This document shows positions 25,601 to 37,629 of a stretch of 64,000 bases of DNA, in pieces. Source of the DNA: Rhizaria sp. SCN 62-66 (Eukaryota). The position numbers were made by a program, and so were the translations under genes. The stretch spans positions 1-64,000 of the forward strand of contig MEDY01000026.1 of the NCBI GenBank assembly GCA_001724265.1, in the 5' to 3' direction. Below the pieces are notes generated by a model that was not told the origin of the DNA, did not search any database, and saw only the letters and a program-made list of their open reading frames with translations. Position 1 is the first letter of the stretch. Each line of letters begins with the position of its first letter.

Positions 25601-26152
25601 GGTGCCGCGGTTGGCGCTGGCGCTGGGGCTGGGGGTCTGAGCGGCCCTTACACGGCTGATGTAAGGGTGCTTGAGTTCTCAGACCACCCGTACCTGGCGA
25701 CCGTGGGCGCGGACGTCGTCGTCACCGACACAGTCGTGCCGCATTTCGCGGCCCACGCGCCCCCCGCCTCGCCCGCGGCCGCCGCCGCCGCCGCCGCTGT
25801 GGCCTCCGGCTCTTCCGCTGATTCACAATCAGCAACGCACGCCGTCCCGGTCGGCGCCGCGCTGCCCGCGGCGGCGGCGCGGTACGAGCTCGACGTTGAG
25901 ATGCTCGCGACAGCCGCGCCACACGCGCGCCTCGCCCACTGCACGGGCTCGCCGCTGCGCGCGTGGCTCGCCCCCGCCGCGGCCGTGGCGATGAGCGCGG
26001 ACGACGCACGCTGCGTGTGGGCCGCGCAGGCCGCGGGGGAGGCGGCCGCGCTTGTGGCGCTGTGCGCCGCGGCTACGGGGCGCGAGCGAGAGGTCTACGC
26101 CGCAGCGCAACAGCAGCAACAGCAGCAACAGCAGCAACAGTTGCAGCGATGA
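22670..26152 (+). CDS. Ornithine/aspartate carbamoyltransferase-fold protein, catalytically degenerate, probable mitochondrial presequence (1,160 aa)
   Basis: Single ORF. OTC-like blocks in the expected order: RLNSISDL, LLLLPPRSSLPLARASL..ALERAG, ETVALLQTL, FPLASPFSSPVAVLGLLS, LLLDLIRAARMLGCNLSYALP, FSDHPYLATVGADVVVTDT, YELDVEMLATAAPHARLAHC, VWAAQA. Arg/Ser-rich, acid-poor N-terminus MLRLPHAVRRMSS. Ends TGA. Confidence 0.75.
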   Translation: MLRLPHAVRRMSSIHLATPARLLTNSSTTSKAPTSSPVAATGATPASVAPSFTFPCRLNSISDLGVLGLRHMLSLTATASALPLLPTAADAAAASALARSLSLPLHLAPATRAAAPLRPLAPLSGVTALLLLPPRSSLPLARASLPVKALERAGAAVALCSVPALAAAAGAREAETVALLQTLRNTVTYNTSSTSTAAAAASATATAAAAAAIPASFITRVGDGDAAAAVELSERVFPLSPAAATAPGSAFGPPLPPQPHPQSTTQSQSHSASSAAAESSSSPDSSDEYVCVPRPQFPAQWLRHSDANTALADAGLSTQGSDLRTPEDWLAAFAAASAAASPRVTQLALAAYYVCAWLPQSPANSGNTSSSSRSQLDALESAVATVTAANNELSVSDALAAASAALLAGLPSAAAGATNDPIAGTAANAVAATLGPSAASAVRLRTLMLPGKATLTPPKFLASGDGAALSAGAIRELTVGSTGSEAGALALLQLRRPAVTVTVEGPVSAAAVASGAPAPAAGSAAAHALAAGVVGGCEWVTAVAAVTDALAGVAAPPPATLESAAGAQAQGASKGGNLLSNISGITYTPAPSDVANSGDDAKNARASDAAADLSSASNTKTLSPHDVYVLTQAIVRALPSFRSAALAPALLRARAAVTAAQAEAMSQPKASRAKKTVVAAALKTKKLGPGSLADLAVGHAGASAGADVMRLKRPLWQWYVAANGAPVSPPGLFTHVNSSESDCGGQSAVYAHPSTATSPLLSAVTHYSSESAANGTSAGAATVGDTSDNTVGVAAFPLASPFSSPVAVLGLLSACERVSESQEQQQHQKQQQQQQQAQQGKKASAPEPSQPRSMMLSLASKIGVVAARPSALLLDLIRAARMLGCNLSYALPRRGGAWGARIDAAVASTPALADYKHADKQTTTAAASSQSQSPLLRQPTVIQSPEDMQRAADALQKTRENDERAAAAAAAAANARAGAAVGAGAGAGGLSGPYTADVRVLEFSDHPYLATVGADVVVTDTVVPHFAAHAPPASPAAAAAAAAVASGSSADSQSATHAVPVGAALPAAAARYELDVEMLATAAPHARLAHCTGSPLRAWLAPAAAVAMSADDARCVWAAQAAGEAAALVALCAAATGREREVYAAAQQQQQQQQQQQLQR

Positions 26153-26446
26153 TATGAGACTCCCTATGTATTTATTTGCGCCCTACGATAGTTGATCATA
26201 ACCAATGTATTCTTTTCGCTTAATACACAACCTAATCTAGACTACCTATCTCCAGAAGTACTCTTCCATGGTCGTTTGATATCACAGTAAGTTACTGTAT
26301 TTGTTTTGGAAGCACATACGGGGTGTATTTTTCTAACGCTTTGTTAAGCTTGATAAATAGAAATAAATTGAGTGGACATATCATATCCACATTGAGAATA
26401 CAACCAAATTTATCTCAATCGCTAAGAGTCCTCTCGTGTTACCGAA

Positions 26447-29400
26447 TCACTTGTCGAAGACCGAGGACGCGTTGTCCCTGCGCGCACCGGGAGCGGCGCC
26501 GAGCTTAAGGATAGCCTCACGCGCAGGCCCAGATGCTCCAGCTGTAAGCCCAGCGCGGCCAAGCGCCTCAGCGAGTCGGAAACGTGGGTCCTTTCGCAAG
26601 CCTTCGACGGTGAGACCTTCAGCGCGCGCAGCAGTACTCCTGTTCAAAGCACGGATGAAGCAAGTGTAAACCGGTTGTAAGCAAGAAAAAAAGTGGGGGT
26701 TGGAAAATAAGAAGCACCATAAAACGAATTACATCCCAAGCAGCTAGTTTTGACAATTGATGAACAAATAATGCAGATGATTCTAACGATGGTGTCGAGT
26801 GTGACGTACCGTGCAACAGGGTCTGCGAGCGTCGCCATGCCCATGCGCCGCAGATGATCCTCTTGCTCTTCCCTCTCCGCAGCCTCCATCACCGCGCGCT
26901 CCGCCGCAAGCTCCGCCGCAGCCGTCGGTCGCAGCGCGCGCGCGGGATCCCTGGGCACGCGCGCGTCGACCGCGTCCGCCACGCTGCGTCGGAGCGCCTC
27001 CAGCTGCTCCCAGCGCGCCTCCGCCTCGGCCGCGGCCGCTGCAGCCGCCGCGGCGCGCACGGCGGCCTTTTCGCGATCCAGCTCGGCGCGCGCCTGAGTC
27101 CGCGCGCGGCTCTCAACTAGCGCCGTGGCCGCCGCGCGCGCCGCCTCGGCTGCCGCCGCGGCTGCCGCGGCGTCGGCGCGGGCCCGTGCGTCCGCGAGCG
27201 CGGCGCGGTGCGTCTCCAGCTGCGCTGACAGGGCGCGGCGGCGGCGCGTCTCCTCGGCCGCTGCGGCCGCAGAGGCGAGCTCGTCCTGCGCGGCGGCGTC
27301 CGCGGCCGCCGTGGCGGCGGCGACGTCGGCCGCAAGCGCTCGCGCCTGCGCGGAAGCGACGTCGAGGTGGCGCAGCGCCGCGGCCGCCGCGGCCGACGCG
27401 CGCCGCAGTTGCGAAGATGACGACTGCGCCTGGGCACGCGCAGCGGCGGAGGCTGCGGCCGAGAGGGTCTGCGCCAACGTGGCCTCGGCCGAGGTGATGG
27501 CAGACCTCAGAGCCGCGTCGCGACGCCTGAGACACGAGACAAGAAATTAAATCAACAAGAGAAAGTGATACATGTCAGATCCACGTCAAAAGTCATAGAT
27601 ATTCAAACAAAAAAGAAAGAAAGAAATAAAGCATCAGATAATTATAAAAACTTATTTTGTCAATATTTGTTCAAGACACGTACCTAAATGCGTTACGCAG
27701 CGCGATCGAGTCTGCGACTGCGCGGACTGCGGTGGGCGACAGATGCGGCAGCTCCAGTGCGAGCAGCGGAAGCAGCGAGCGCGGCGGCGGCGGCAGCGCC
27801 CAAACGGCCAGCAAAGACGCACCGATGGGCGCCGCAGTGGTCGTAGTCGGAGCATGGGCAACCGTGAGAGCCGTGCTGTTTGCGATTGCATTTGCGTCTG
27901 CGGCATCAGTGTTGGTGACAGTGAGCGCGCGCGAGGACGAAGGACGAGACTCACCCGCACCAGCGCTCGTGACGCTGTTGCGGCGAATCGTTGCAGCGCC
28001 TGCAGTTGCAGAAGCACCAGCGGATGGCTTGGCGACAGCGGGGGGACGCGGGGCATGCGCCACTGCAGTACTGCCAGCGGAGCTATTGCTGCTGGCATCG
28101 GCGTTGCTTTGACGCTGTGCAGTTTGGTACAGGTTCCGCACCAACGTCCACTGCGCCGAAGTCAAGCCGCTACCGCTTGCGTTTGCGCTCGCGTCGGTGT
28201 TCGCGTTCATCTTAGAGCCGCCCGCGGAGATGGTGGCCTCCAGTGCTGCCGCAGCGGCCGCATACAGCGACCGCAGCCGCGCCAGTGTGTGGGCGCATGC
28301 GGCGTCGTACTCCGCGCATGCAGCCGCAGCCGCGACGAGCGCACTCACGCTCGCGGCGCCACTTGCACTCGCACTACCGACGCCGCCCGCGCTTGCAGTG
28401 CTGCTGCTGTGGATAGAACTGGCGTGCGCACTCACTGCGCTGTTGCCGCCGAGGATAGGGCCGAGAGAGGGCGGCGCTGGCAGGGACGGCAGAGCGGGGG
28501 GCACGTCGCCAAGACCAAGCAGCGCGTGCACACGCGCACGCAGCAGTGCGGCAGCGCTCGCGTTGCGCCCATCGGCGGAGACTAGAGCTGTGGAGCTAGG
28601 CGCTGAAGCTGGGCGGTCATCGTCGGTCGCAATCTCGACCAACGCGTACTTCCCTCCGTCGCTGCAATCGCCTTCAGCGTCTGTCCCAGTGTCACCATCC
28701 GCCTCAGAGGCGTTGTCGTCGTGCTTGGACTTCGCATGCGCTGCGAGGTCACCAACACTGGGCACCGCTGTGAGAAACAGAGCGCCGCCGTCATTCTCCG
28801 CAGCAGCAGCACCAACGTCACTCTCGTGCTCATCTTGAGCATCGTGACGATCCTTCTGAGGCGTTGCTGCCACTGCAGCAGCGCCGGACACAATAGGCTT
28901 GATTCCGGACTTTGCGCCTTTCACCGTCGAAGCGGAAGGCACGCTGCTCACGGTCACCACGGGTCCAGCCTTGGACATCGCTTCGCCCAGCCCCAGCCCA
29001 CGCGCCAGCGCAGCCTCCAACCGCGCGATTGCGTTGCCCTGCGCGGCGACGACGACGCTTCCCGCGCCCGCGCCCGCGCCGTCGCCGGCCGCGTCAGTCC
29101 CGTCGCTGTTAAGGCTCGCCAAGGAGAGCGCATCGTCAGACTTTTTCGGAACAGTGCCCGCGGCCTCGGCGGCGCGCCACTGCTCGTCGAGTGCGGCGCG
29201 GTGCTTTTGCCGTGGCGCGTCGGCCGTTTTGCCGGCCGGCACGTACAGGGACGCAGGCGCGCGCGGCGGCGGCGGGGCGCGTGTCGATGCAGAAGACGCA
29301 GCGTCGCTAGAAGCAGGAAGAGACTCATACTCACTGCTTTCCGCCGCGTCTTTGTCGCTATTGGCAGCACTGCGTGTGTTGTTCGAGAATTTGACCGGAG

Positions 29401-31851
29401 TAGAAGCAGCGGTATTAGCGCCACGGTTAAATGCCTGTATACTGTCGGAATCGCTGCTGGTGTTGTTTGCAGTCCCGGGCGGGGCTGCGTAGGCCGCAAT
29501 GTAGCTGACGAGCGAAGCGGGCAGCTCGTACGCAAGCGGAAGCAGGCCAACTCTCCCAGCTGCAGCGCTCTTGCCTTCACTCGTCTCGTCGCCCGCGCTG
29601 TCGTCAGCATCCTCAAGGCCCGCTGTGGCAGCGGCAGCGGCAACAGCGGCGGCGTCCGCCTCGGCGGCACGCGTCTCGTGCAGCAGCGCGACGACCGCTG
29701 CCACAGCGTGCACCAGAGGTCCCGCACCGAGGCCCGTTGTCATCGCCGCACTCACGCGCCCCGTCGCGCTAGCAGTTGAAGTGGGCTGCAAGTGGGAGTT
29801 GGGGAACAAGGCGGTGGCGCCCGGTGACGACGAGAGAGAGTGAGTCTCAGATCCGCCGACGCTCGCAGTCCTGTTGTTGTTGGGACTACTCTGCGCACTG
29901 CTGTTGGAGCCTGGCGAGTGCCAAATCGACGAAAGCACGCTGGCCACGCCCGCCGCTGTCGCCGAGGGCTGGGCGTCGTCGTCGCTGCCGAGAACCACTG
30001 TGGGCGCCATGACAGTCGCGCCCGAGCCGGTTACAACGCTGTTTACACCCGCGTGGCCGGTCCTGCCAGCGCTGGCGTTTGAAGCAGACGTAGAGAGCTG
30101 ACGACGCCGGTCCGGCGTCGTAAACGCACTGTTCGCACTCGCGCTTGTGGAGGCGCTCACGCCACTGTTCACCGCGGTGTGCGCCTGAGCGGGGGCGCGG
30201 TGCGGCCCGTGCAGCGCATTGCCACTGACAGCGGCACTTATGCCAGTCCGAGCCGGGCTGGGAAACGCGGAGAACCCGCTTTGAGCGCCGCCACTGCTAC
30301 TTACACCCGAGCTCGAGCCCAATGTACTTGCACTCGCCGCCGCGGGCGCCATCAGGGCGAGCGCGACGGCCGCGGCGGCGTTGGGCGCTGTCGCCGCCGC
30401 GGCATCCTCGGCCTCCGCCGCCGCGCTGGCAGCAACTGCGGCGGCCGCGGCGGCGGCATCGGACTCGAAGGCGCGCGCTAATCGGGCCAGCGCCGCGCCC
30501 GCTGCCGTCACGCGCGCGCGCGCGGCGGTCGCCACCGACTCGAACTCGGTTACAGTCGCAGTCGCCGCGCTGTCGCCCGCGTCAGCGTCGTGCGCAGCCG
30601 TGGCCGAGGGCAGCTCTTCAAGCCCTCTGTTGTTGTTATTCGCGTTGGCGTTGCTGCGGATTGTGGCGGAGACGCGGCGGCCGGCCTTGGGCGCCGCAGC
30701 AGCGCCCGCGCTGCGTGGTTTCCCGGGCCCCAGCCCCGCGGCGGCGGCCGCGCGCGCCGCCCGCTCCTGCCGCAGCAGCGCGCGCGGGCGCTCAACGACA
30801 GCGCCTAGGGAGAGCGCGATGCCGTGGATGGCGCTCAGCTCGCTCTGACTCGGCGGCGCTGCGCAGCTACCGTTGCTTTGGCTCGAAGAGGAGGAAGAAG
30901 ACGAGGAGGCGAGGACGCGGTCGGTAGGCGCAAGTGCGTGGTAAATGCCGCCGTCGGTGACGCCGCCGCGCGCGCGGGCCGCAGACTCCGCCTGCGCCTT
31001 CACACCAGCTACATTCGCGCCCGCGCCAGTAGAGCCGAGGCCAGTTGAGAGGGAGTTAACGGCGGCGGCGGCGCTGAAGTCTGCTGCGGCGTCGGCGTCG
31101 GCGCAAGTCGCGGAGATCGCGGCCGCGAGCGCGGCGTGGTACCAATAGCAGCTCCCTGGCTCGTCGCTCGCGTCACCGCCGCCACGGGTGGCGCTCGATG
31201 TGTCGCTGCCGCTGCTGATCTCGCTCGCGCGGGGCACGGGCAGCGCTGCGGAAGCCACGGCGGCGGTGAGCGCGGCCCAGCGGCTCTTCTCGGCGCCCGA
31301 AGCGGCCTTCTCGGCCTGCGCGTCGCGCTGCGCGGCGGCCAGCAGCTCCGAGGCCGAGTCGCGCAATGACGCCTCGGCCGCGGCGGCGGCGGCGGAGAGG
31401 CGCGCGTGCTCGGCGGCCCAGCTCGCGCGGGACTGCGCCAGCGTCGTCGCGGACCGCGAGCGCGAGGCCTGGGCAGAGTATGCAAAAGGGTAGCAGTTCA
31501 AGGCAGACTGAGTACGGGTTTATACAGAGAGGGAAGAGTATATGTGGGTGAACGGCAAAGGAGAGGATACGTACGTTGTTGGTGATGCGATTGAGCTTGG
31601 CTGCGAAGGCTTCTTCGTTCGCGCGGAGCTTCTCCTAGACTAATGCATCTTGTTGCGCGGCTGCAGCAATGCCACACAGTGTGAGAGGAAGTATATGAGA
31701 GGAGAACAGTTCATTGAGCGGTGAGAACGTTACTGCAGAGGAGAAGTGAGGGCATGAGGATTCAGTGTGTGGGTTGTGATAAAGGAAAAAGGAGAAGGGA
31801 CGTACCAAACATGTTGGCGCCATTATTACGCGCGCGGCGTCCGGCACTCAT
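26447..31851 (-). CDS. CCDC148: CCDC148-like coiled-coil protein (~1,608 aa; 5 exons; one in-frame TAG)
   Basis: Exons 31851-31806, 31660-31575, 31468-27684, 27526-26810 and 26639-26447, phase-consistent. The exon 2 acceptor could instead be the upstream in-frame AG near 31733. N-terminal TTLAQSRASWAAEHARL and C-terminal EQLEALRRSVA..RDPARALRPTAA..KDPRFRLAEALGRAGL..RRDNASSVF resemble the conserved ends of CCDC148 as recalled. TAG at 31637-31635 in exon 2. Ends TGA. Confidence 0.72.
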
Positions 31852-32407
31852 TGTTGTGAGATGCACGTCGAGCTTTGCGACTGTGTACGAGGGTGGATTA
31901 GGCGGACAACGTCCAGAGTTAGACGAGTCAAACGGAAGGAGACTTTGAGGGAAGACTTTGATGGGAAGATTACGTTTTTGAGGAATTTAATTTTAAAAAT
32001 AGGCTATAGACTAAGAAATATCATATATAACTATACTCATATCTCTAATGACGGTCGCCGTGGTTCTGTGTGCATCATTCCGTTTCAAATGCAATCCAAC
32101 CTGATTGGAGTAGCAACGGCTCTGCCACATACACACAAACATGTACGCAAGGAGCTAAAGGGCGTCTGGTTCAGCCAAATATAGAAATTCAACTCTACAA
32201 TCACAATATTTTCTATAACACAACATTTGAAACAATAAAGCACTGCAACGCTTTTCGATACCTTCATTGAGGTGATGTATCAAACAATTTCGTACGATTA
32301 CAAATCTAGATTTGTATGACCACAAGCAAAGCTGCTTGTGAGTTAATACCATATATAAACGAGTGACTAGATAAATTATAGATGCGGTTTTCTCTAACGA
32401 AAGTTCA

Positions 32408-35400
32408 TTATGTGATAGAAATAACGCCCTTGTCGGCCATAATCCTCCTTCCATGCCCCAGTGCAACTCCCCTATTATCAGAGTGCCTGTTGCTGTTGTT
32501 GCTGGTAGTAGTGTTCTTGTCGGTGCGGCCCGTCGCAGTCTCCCAGACGCCCGCCACAACCATCCACACGCACATCGCCGCGTTGGCCAGCGCCACCGCT
32601 GCCACGGCCACGGCCACCCTGCTCCGGCCGCGCGTGACGCCTCCAGAGGAGTGGCCGTGAGCAGCATGCGTTCCACCAGCATGCGTACCGTGCGCGGAGT
32701 GCTCGACCGCGAACACAGCCAGTGCGGTCCACGCCACCAGCGTCATCACGGCTGGCAGCAGCCAGCACGCCGTGAAGCGCGCCCCGCGGCCCACAGCGGC
32801 GACTGCGCGCTTGACCCGCGTCTTGCCCTCACTATGGCCGTGACCGCGGGGGACTGTGGGCAGCTTGGGGAAGAGCGCGCACACGGCTGCAACGTCGACG
32901 GCCGCGGCAACGGTCAACAGAGCGACCGTGAGCAGGACGGACATCGCACCGACGACACGGCCACCGGCAGTCGACTTAGACTCGGGCTGCTGTTGCTGTT
33001 GCTGCTGCTGTTGCTGCTGTTGAGACTGTGTCGGTGCAGGCATGATGATGTGCTTCAGTGCACGCACTGCCCGCGCAACCGCGGCTTGACTTTGCGTGCG
33101 CAACCGCGACTGCGATTGTGTCAGCGCATCCGTCTGCGTTGGCGTTTGCGAGAGCGATTGTGAGAACAATTGCGGCGTGACGGCGGCGGCGAGGCTGTGC
33201 AGCGTCTGCGCAAGATCCGAGTCCGCGGCCACGGCAGCGGCGACCCCGCGCACAGTTTCGATCGCGTGGCTCAGCAGCGCGGACAGGTCACGCGCAGCCA
33301 GCCCCGCGCCGCCGCCACTGGCAGCAACGGCGGCGCCGGTCTCAGCGGCGTCGGATTCGGCGGCGGTGTGATTGCGACTAGCCGAGCGAGCGAGCGCGTC
33401 AGTGTCAACATCGACAACATCGTCGTCGGCGTGATCACCGTGAGTGTGAGCGAGGAGCTCTCCAGCCTTGCTCAGCGCCTCCGTCGCACCCGTCTCGTAC
33501 CCGCTGGCGTACGCGGCGGCCACCGCGGCCGCCGCCTCCGCCTCCGCCGCAGTCGCGTTGCCCGCGCCGTGCTCCCTCGCTTCTTCCGCGGCGCGCTGCA
33601 CCGCAGCAGCCACGGCGGACGCGAGCGCGGTCTCAGCGGCCGCGGTCGCCTCAGCCTGCGTAGCCGCGGCCTCGGCCTTGGCGGCGGCCACCGCAGCAGA
33701 CACTGCAGCGGCGGACGCGGCTTCAGCGGCCTTAAGCTCGGCGTCGCAGCTGTGAGCAGCTGGCTCGAGCTCGGCGATTGCACACTCGGGACAAGTGACC
33801 GTGGGTACCTCAGGGCAGGCGACTGCGGGCACCTCAGGGCAGGCAACAGGCTCAGCGCAAGCGACGGGCTCAGGGCAAGAGAGAGGCCCGGCGCAGGCCA
33901 CAGGTTCAGGACATGTGATTGGCTCAGGACAGGTGACGGGCTCGGGGCATACGACAGCGTGCGGACAAGCGACGGGAGGACACGTGACTGGAGGGCATGC
34001 GACCGGAGGAGGACACGTGGCTGCAGGTGGACAGCGGCATTCAGCGCTCGCGCTCGATTCCACACTCTCACTCGCACGAGAGTCAGCGTTGAACGACTGC
34101 GTAAGCCCGAGACTAAATGGGCTGCGCACGGGACACGTACCCTCACGCGCACCATACCGCGCCACTGACTGCGCTACAGCCTGCGATAAGTCAGACTTCG
34201 CGCATGACTGAGGACATGACGGCGACTGCGGCTGAGAGACCGTCTTGCTCAAGTCGCTGACCTTAGCCTCACACGCCTCCGCCGCCGCCTCCGCCGCGGC
34301 CTCTGCAGCGGCCGCGCTGGCAGCATACGCATCGGCCGCCGCCGCGGCGTCTGCCCGAGCGGCGTCGAGCGCGCTCTGCACGGCCTCGAGCCCCGCTTTG
34401 ACCGATGCAAGCTCGGCCTCCGCGGTCGCGCACCCGTCCCGAGCAGCGTCAGACCCAGACTGGGCGTTCTCGCACTCGGTCTTCGCGGTCAGCGTGTCGG
34501 CCTTCGCGGCGTCGGCGTCCGCCACGGCCGCTGCGGCCTCAGCCTTCGCGGCCTCGGCCTCGAGCTTCGCCGCGTCACGCGCCGTCCTGGCGGCCTCAGC
34601 CTCGAGTTTGGCGACGGCGGCCTCGGCTGCGGCCGTGTCTGCGAGCCGTGCGATTTCGTCGACTGCGGCAGCGGCGGTGCTTGCGGCCGCCGTGGCCGTC
34701 GCCGCAGTCTCGGTGAGCTCGGCGAGAGAGCGCGCGCTCACTGTCACCCAGTCCCCGCGCATCAAAGCCTGAGACGGTGAGTGCGGTCGCGACTGCGAGC
34801 GTGAGTCGGACCCTGCAACAACGCAGGTGCACGGTGCGGGCTCAGGGCAAGGAACGGACTGCGTCGGCTCAGCGCACGGTGCACACTCCGCACACTGTAC
34901 GGGCTCGGCGCACTGTACGGGCTCGGCGCACTGTGTCGGCGCAGGGCATGGCACTGGCTCAGGACACTCAGCGCAGCTAACGGGCTCAGCGCACGGTGCG
35001 CACTCGGCGCAAAGAGCTGCAGATGCGGGGCAGGCGACACTGGGCTGCCACAGGGACTGCGGGCGCCCAGTGTCCAGGTCTGCAGTCAAAGCAGCGGCGG
35101 CGGCGGCCGTGACGGCAGTGAACAGCGACGCTTGCTCCGCACCTGTCACAGTCGCTGAGTCAGACTCGACGCAGTGAGGGCAGACAGAGCAGTCGCAGCG
35201 ACACACGCTGTCATCCACCTTCGCAGCCGCGGCCGCGAGACGGAGATCGCAGTCAGCGGTGATATCGCCAACCTTGCGCTGACAGTCGTTGGCGGCGTCG
35301 GCGGCCTCGCGCGCGCACTTAGCGGCGCTGGCCTCGGCCTTGAGCCCCCAGGCGCGCTCGCAGTCGCCGACCTTCTGCGTGTACTCGCGCTCCCGGTCAC

Positions 35401-37585
35401 TCGCAGCGCTCTCAGCAGCGCGCGCACACTCATCGCGCGCAGCCTCAGCGGCTGCTGCGGCGGCGTCGGCAGCGGCGGCAGAGTGAGCGCACGGCGCGAA
35501 CGCGGAGTCGAAGTACTTTTCGCCCGACTGTGAGCCCCAGAGTGAGGCGGACAGCGCCGTCACTGCGGTCACTACGGGCCCCGGCAGAGCGCGCGCCAGG
35601 AGCTGCGGCTTAACTTCCGTCACCGCGGCACCGGAAGAGCTCGAGGTCGCGCGAGAGCCCGTGGCCGCAGCAGGCCCGCAGGTGTAGACACTGGGCGCGG
35701 CAGAGAGACTGACCAGCACTGCGCCACCAAGCAGCAGTGGCAGCAACAGCAGCGGCAGCAGTAGCGATGAGCGAGGCGACGATTGCGCAGTAGTGACACC
35801 CTTAGGGGCCACCACGGGGACCTGCGACTGGGCAGCAAGCAGAGCGGCAGCGGCGGCCTCAGCCTTTGCCCTGAGAGCAACAGCCTCAGCCTTGGCGGCG
35901 TCAGCTTCACTCTTCGCTGCGGCGGCCTCAGCCTTGGCAGCAGTGGCCTCAGCCTTGGCAGCAGCAGCCTCGGCCTTTGCGGCCGCAGTCTCAGCTGCAG
36001 TCGCAGTCCGCGCCTCGGCGTCCGCATGCAAAGCCTCCGCCTTAGCCGCCGCCGCCTCCGCCTTCGCAGTCGCCGCCTCAGCCATTGCGGCAGCGGCTTC
36101 AGCCTTTGCAGCGGCTGCCTCGGCCTCGGCCCTCGTCGCGCGCTCCACAGCAACCTCAACATGCATTTCCGCCGCCGCCACATTCGCATTCGCGGCTGCC
36201 TGAGCCCCCACTAGCGCCGCGGCCTCCTGCTGGCCGGCCACCGCGCGCGCCCCCGCGGCCGCGGCCTCGGTCTGCGCCTGCACGAGGTCTGCCCTCAGCG
36301 CACCCACGGTCGTTTCCAGCGCGCCCACGGTCACTTCGAGCGTGCGCACAGTCGCCTGCAGCGCGGGCGCGGCGGCGGCGTCGGCGCGCGCGGTTGCCAG
36401 AGACGTCTCCAGCCTACCGCGCTCTGCGCGGTGCTCGCGGTCGAGCTCGGCCCGGTCGCGCGAGAGCTGCTGCTGCAGCGCAGCGACCGTGGCCGTGGTG
36501 GCCGCGAGCTCGCGCTCGAGCTGGCGCGCTCGCAGGGCCGCGGTCGCGGCGGCGGCGGCGGCCGTCGCGGCGGCGGTGCGCGCGGAGGCAATTTCGCGGT
36601 CCAGAGAACGCTCGGCGGTCACCGCGGCACGGGCGCGCGCACTGGCCAGCAAGCTACTGTTCGCAGCTGTCATCGTAGTCGTCGTCGACGGCGTGGCGTG
36701 GAGTGTGCTCTGCTGCTGCTGTTGCTGTTGCTGCTGCGTGGTGTCGGGGAGAGAGCCTGAGCGTGAGTCTTGCGGCGTTGCGGGCGCTGACTGCAGCTGG
36801 GCCATGGCAGCCAGCAGCCGGCCCGCGTTGGCGTTGACGCTGGCGCGAAGGTTCTCACTGAGATTGCCCTGCACCTGCGACTGCTGTTGCTGCTGAGCGA
36901 GACTGCTCCTGCTACTATACACGCCTTCGACACCGTGACTAGCCGCATTCTCGCCCGCAGCCGCATCTGCTGTGTGATTGTCGCTCGCGCTGCCAGCTCC
37001 AGACGGAACGCCGTCTGGCGCGAGGAGCGAGGTGACTGTGGGCAGACCATCGACGGAAGACGCGTCAGACCGCAGCGACTGCGACATAGCCAACTTTTGC
37101 TGTTGCGATGCAAATAGAGACTGTGAACACGACTCTGACTCAGGCCCGAGCCCCGAGGCAGACGCAGACGCAGAGGCCGACATTGCAAGTGCTGCGCGCT
37201 CCTCAGCCTCGGCCAGCGCAAGCTGCAGACCCTGCACCTGCGCCTGCGCGGCCAGCGCTGTGGCCTCTTTCTCAGCCACTGCCGCGGCCGCCGCGGCCTC
37301 GGCAGCCTTGCTGGCCGCCTCCGCCGCACCCGCCCGCGCCTCGGCGCGCGCCGCGGCGGCCTGCGCGGCGTCGCACCGCTGCTCACGGTCACTGAGCTCC
37401 AGCGCGGCGCGGTCGCGGTCTGCGCGCGCGTCGAGGGCATCGCACATTGCGCGCTCGGTCGCCGCGGCGGTGAGGGAGAGAGTGCCCTCAAGTTCCCGGA
37501 CACGGCGAGACAGGGCGCTGTGCTCCGCAGCCAAGTCGACAGGCGCGGTGGGCGCGGACTCAGCGCTAGCGGCATTCTGGTCCTC

Positions 37586-37629
<44 letters not shown>

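Noticed and set aside
31635-37619. Micro-introns removing the TAGs (GTCTAG at 31640-31635; GTAG at 37619-37616)
   Set aside because: Four to six nt is far below any known spliceosomal intron length, the 4-nt case would frameshift, and neither has the GT(A/T)CG donor used here.
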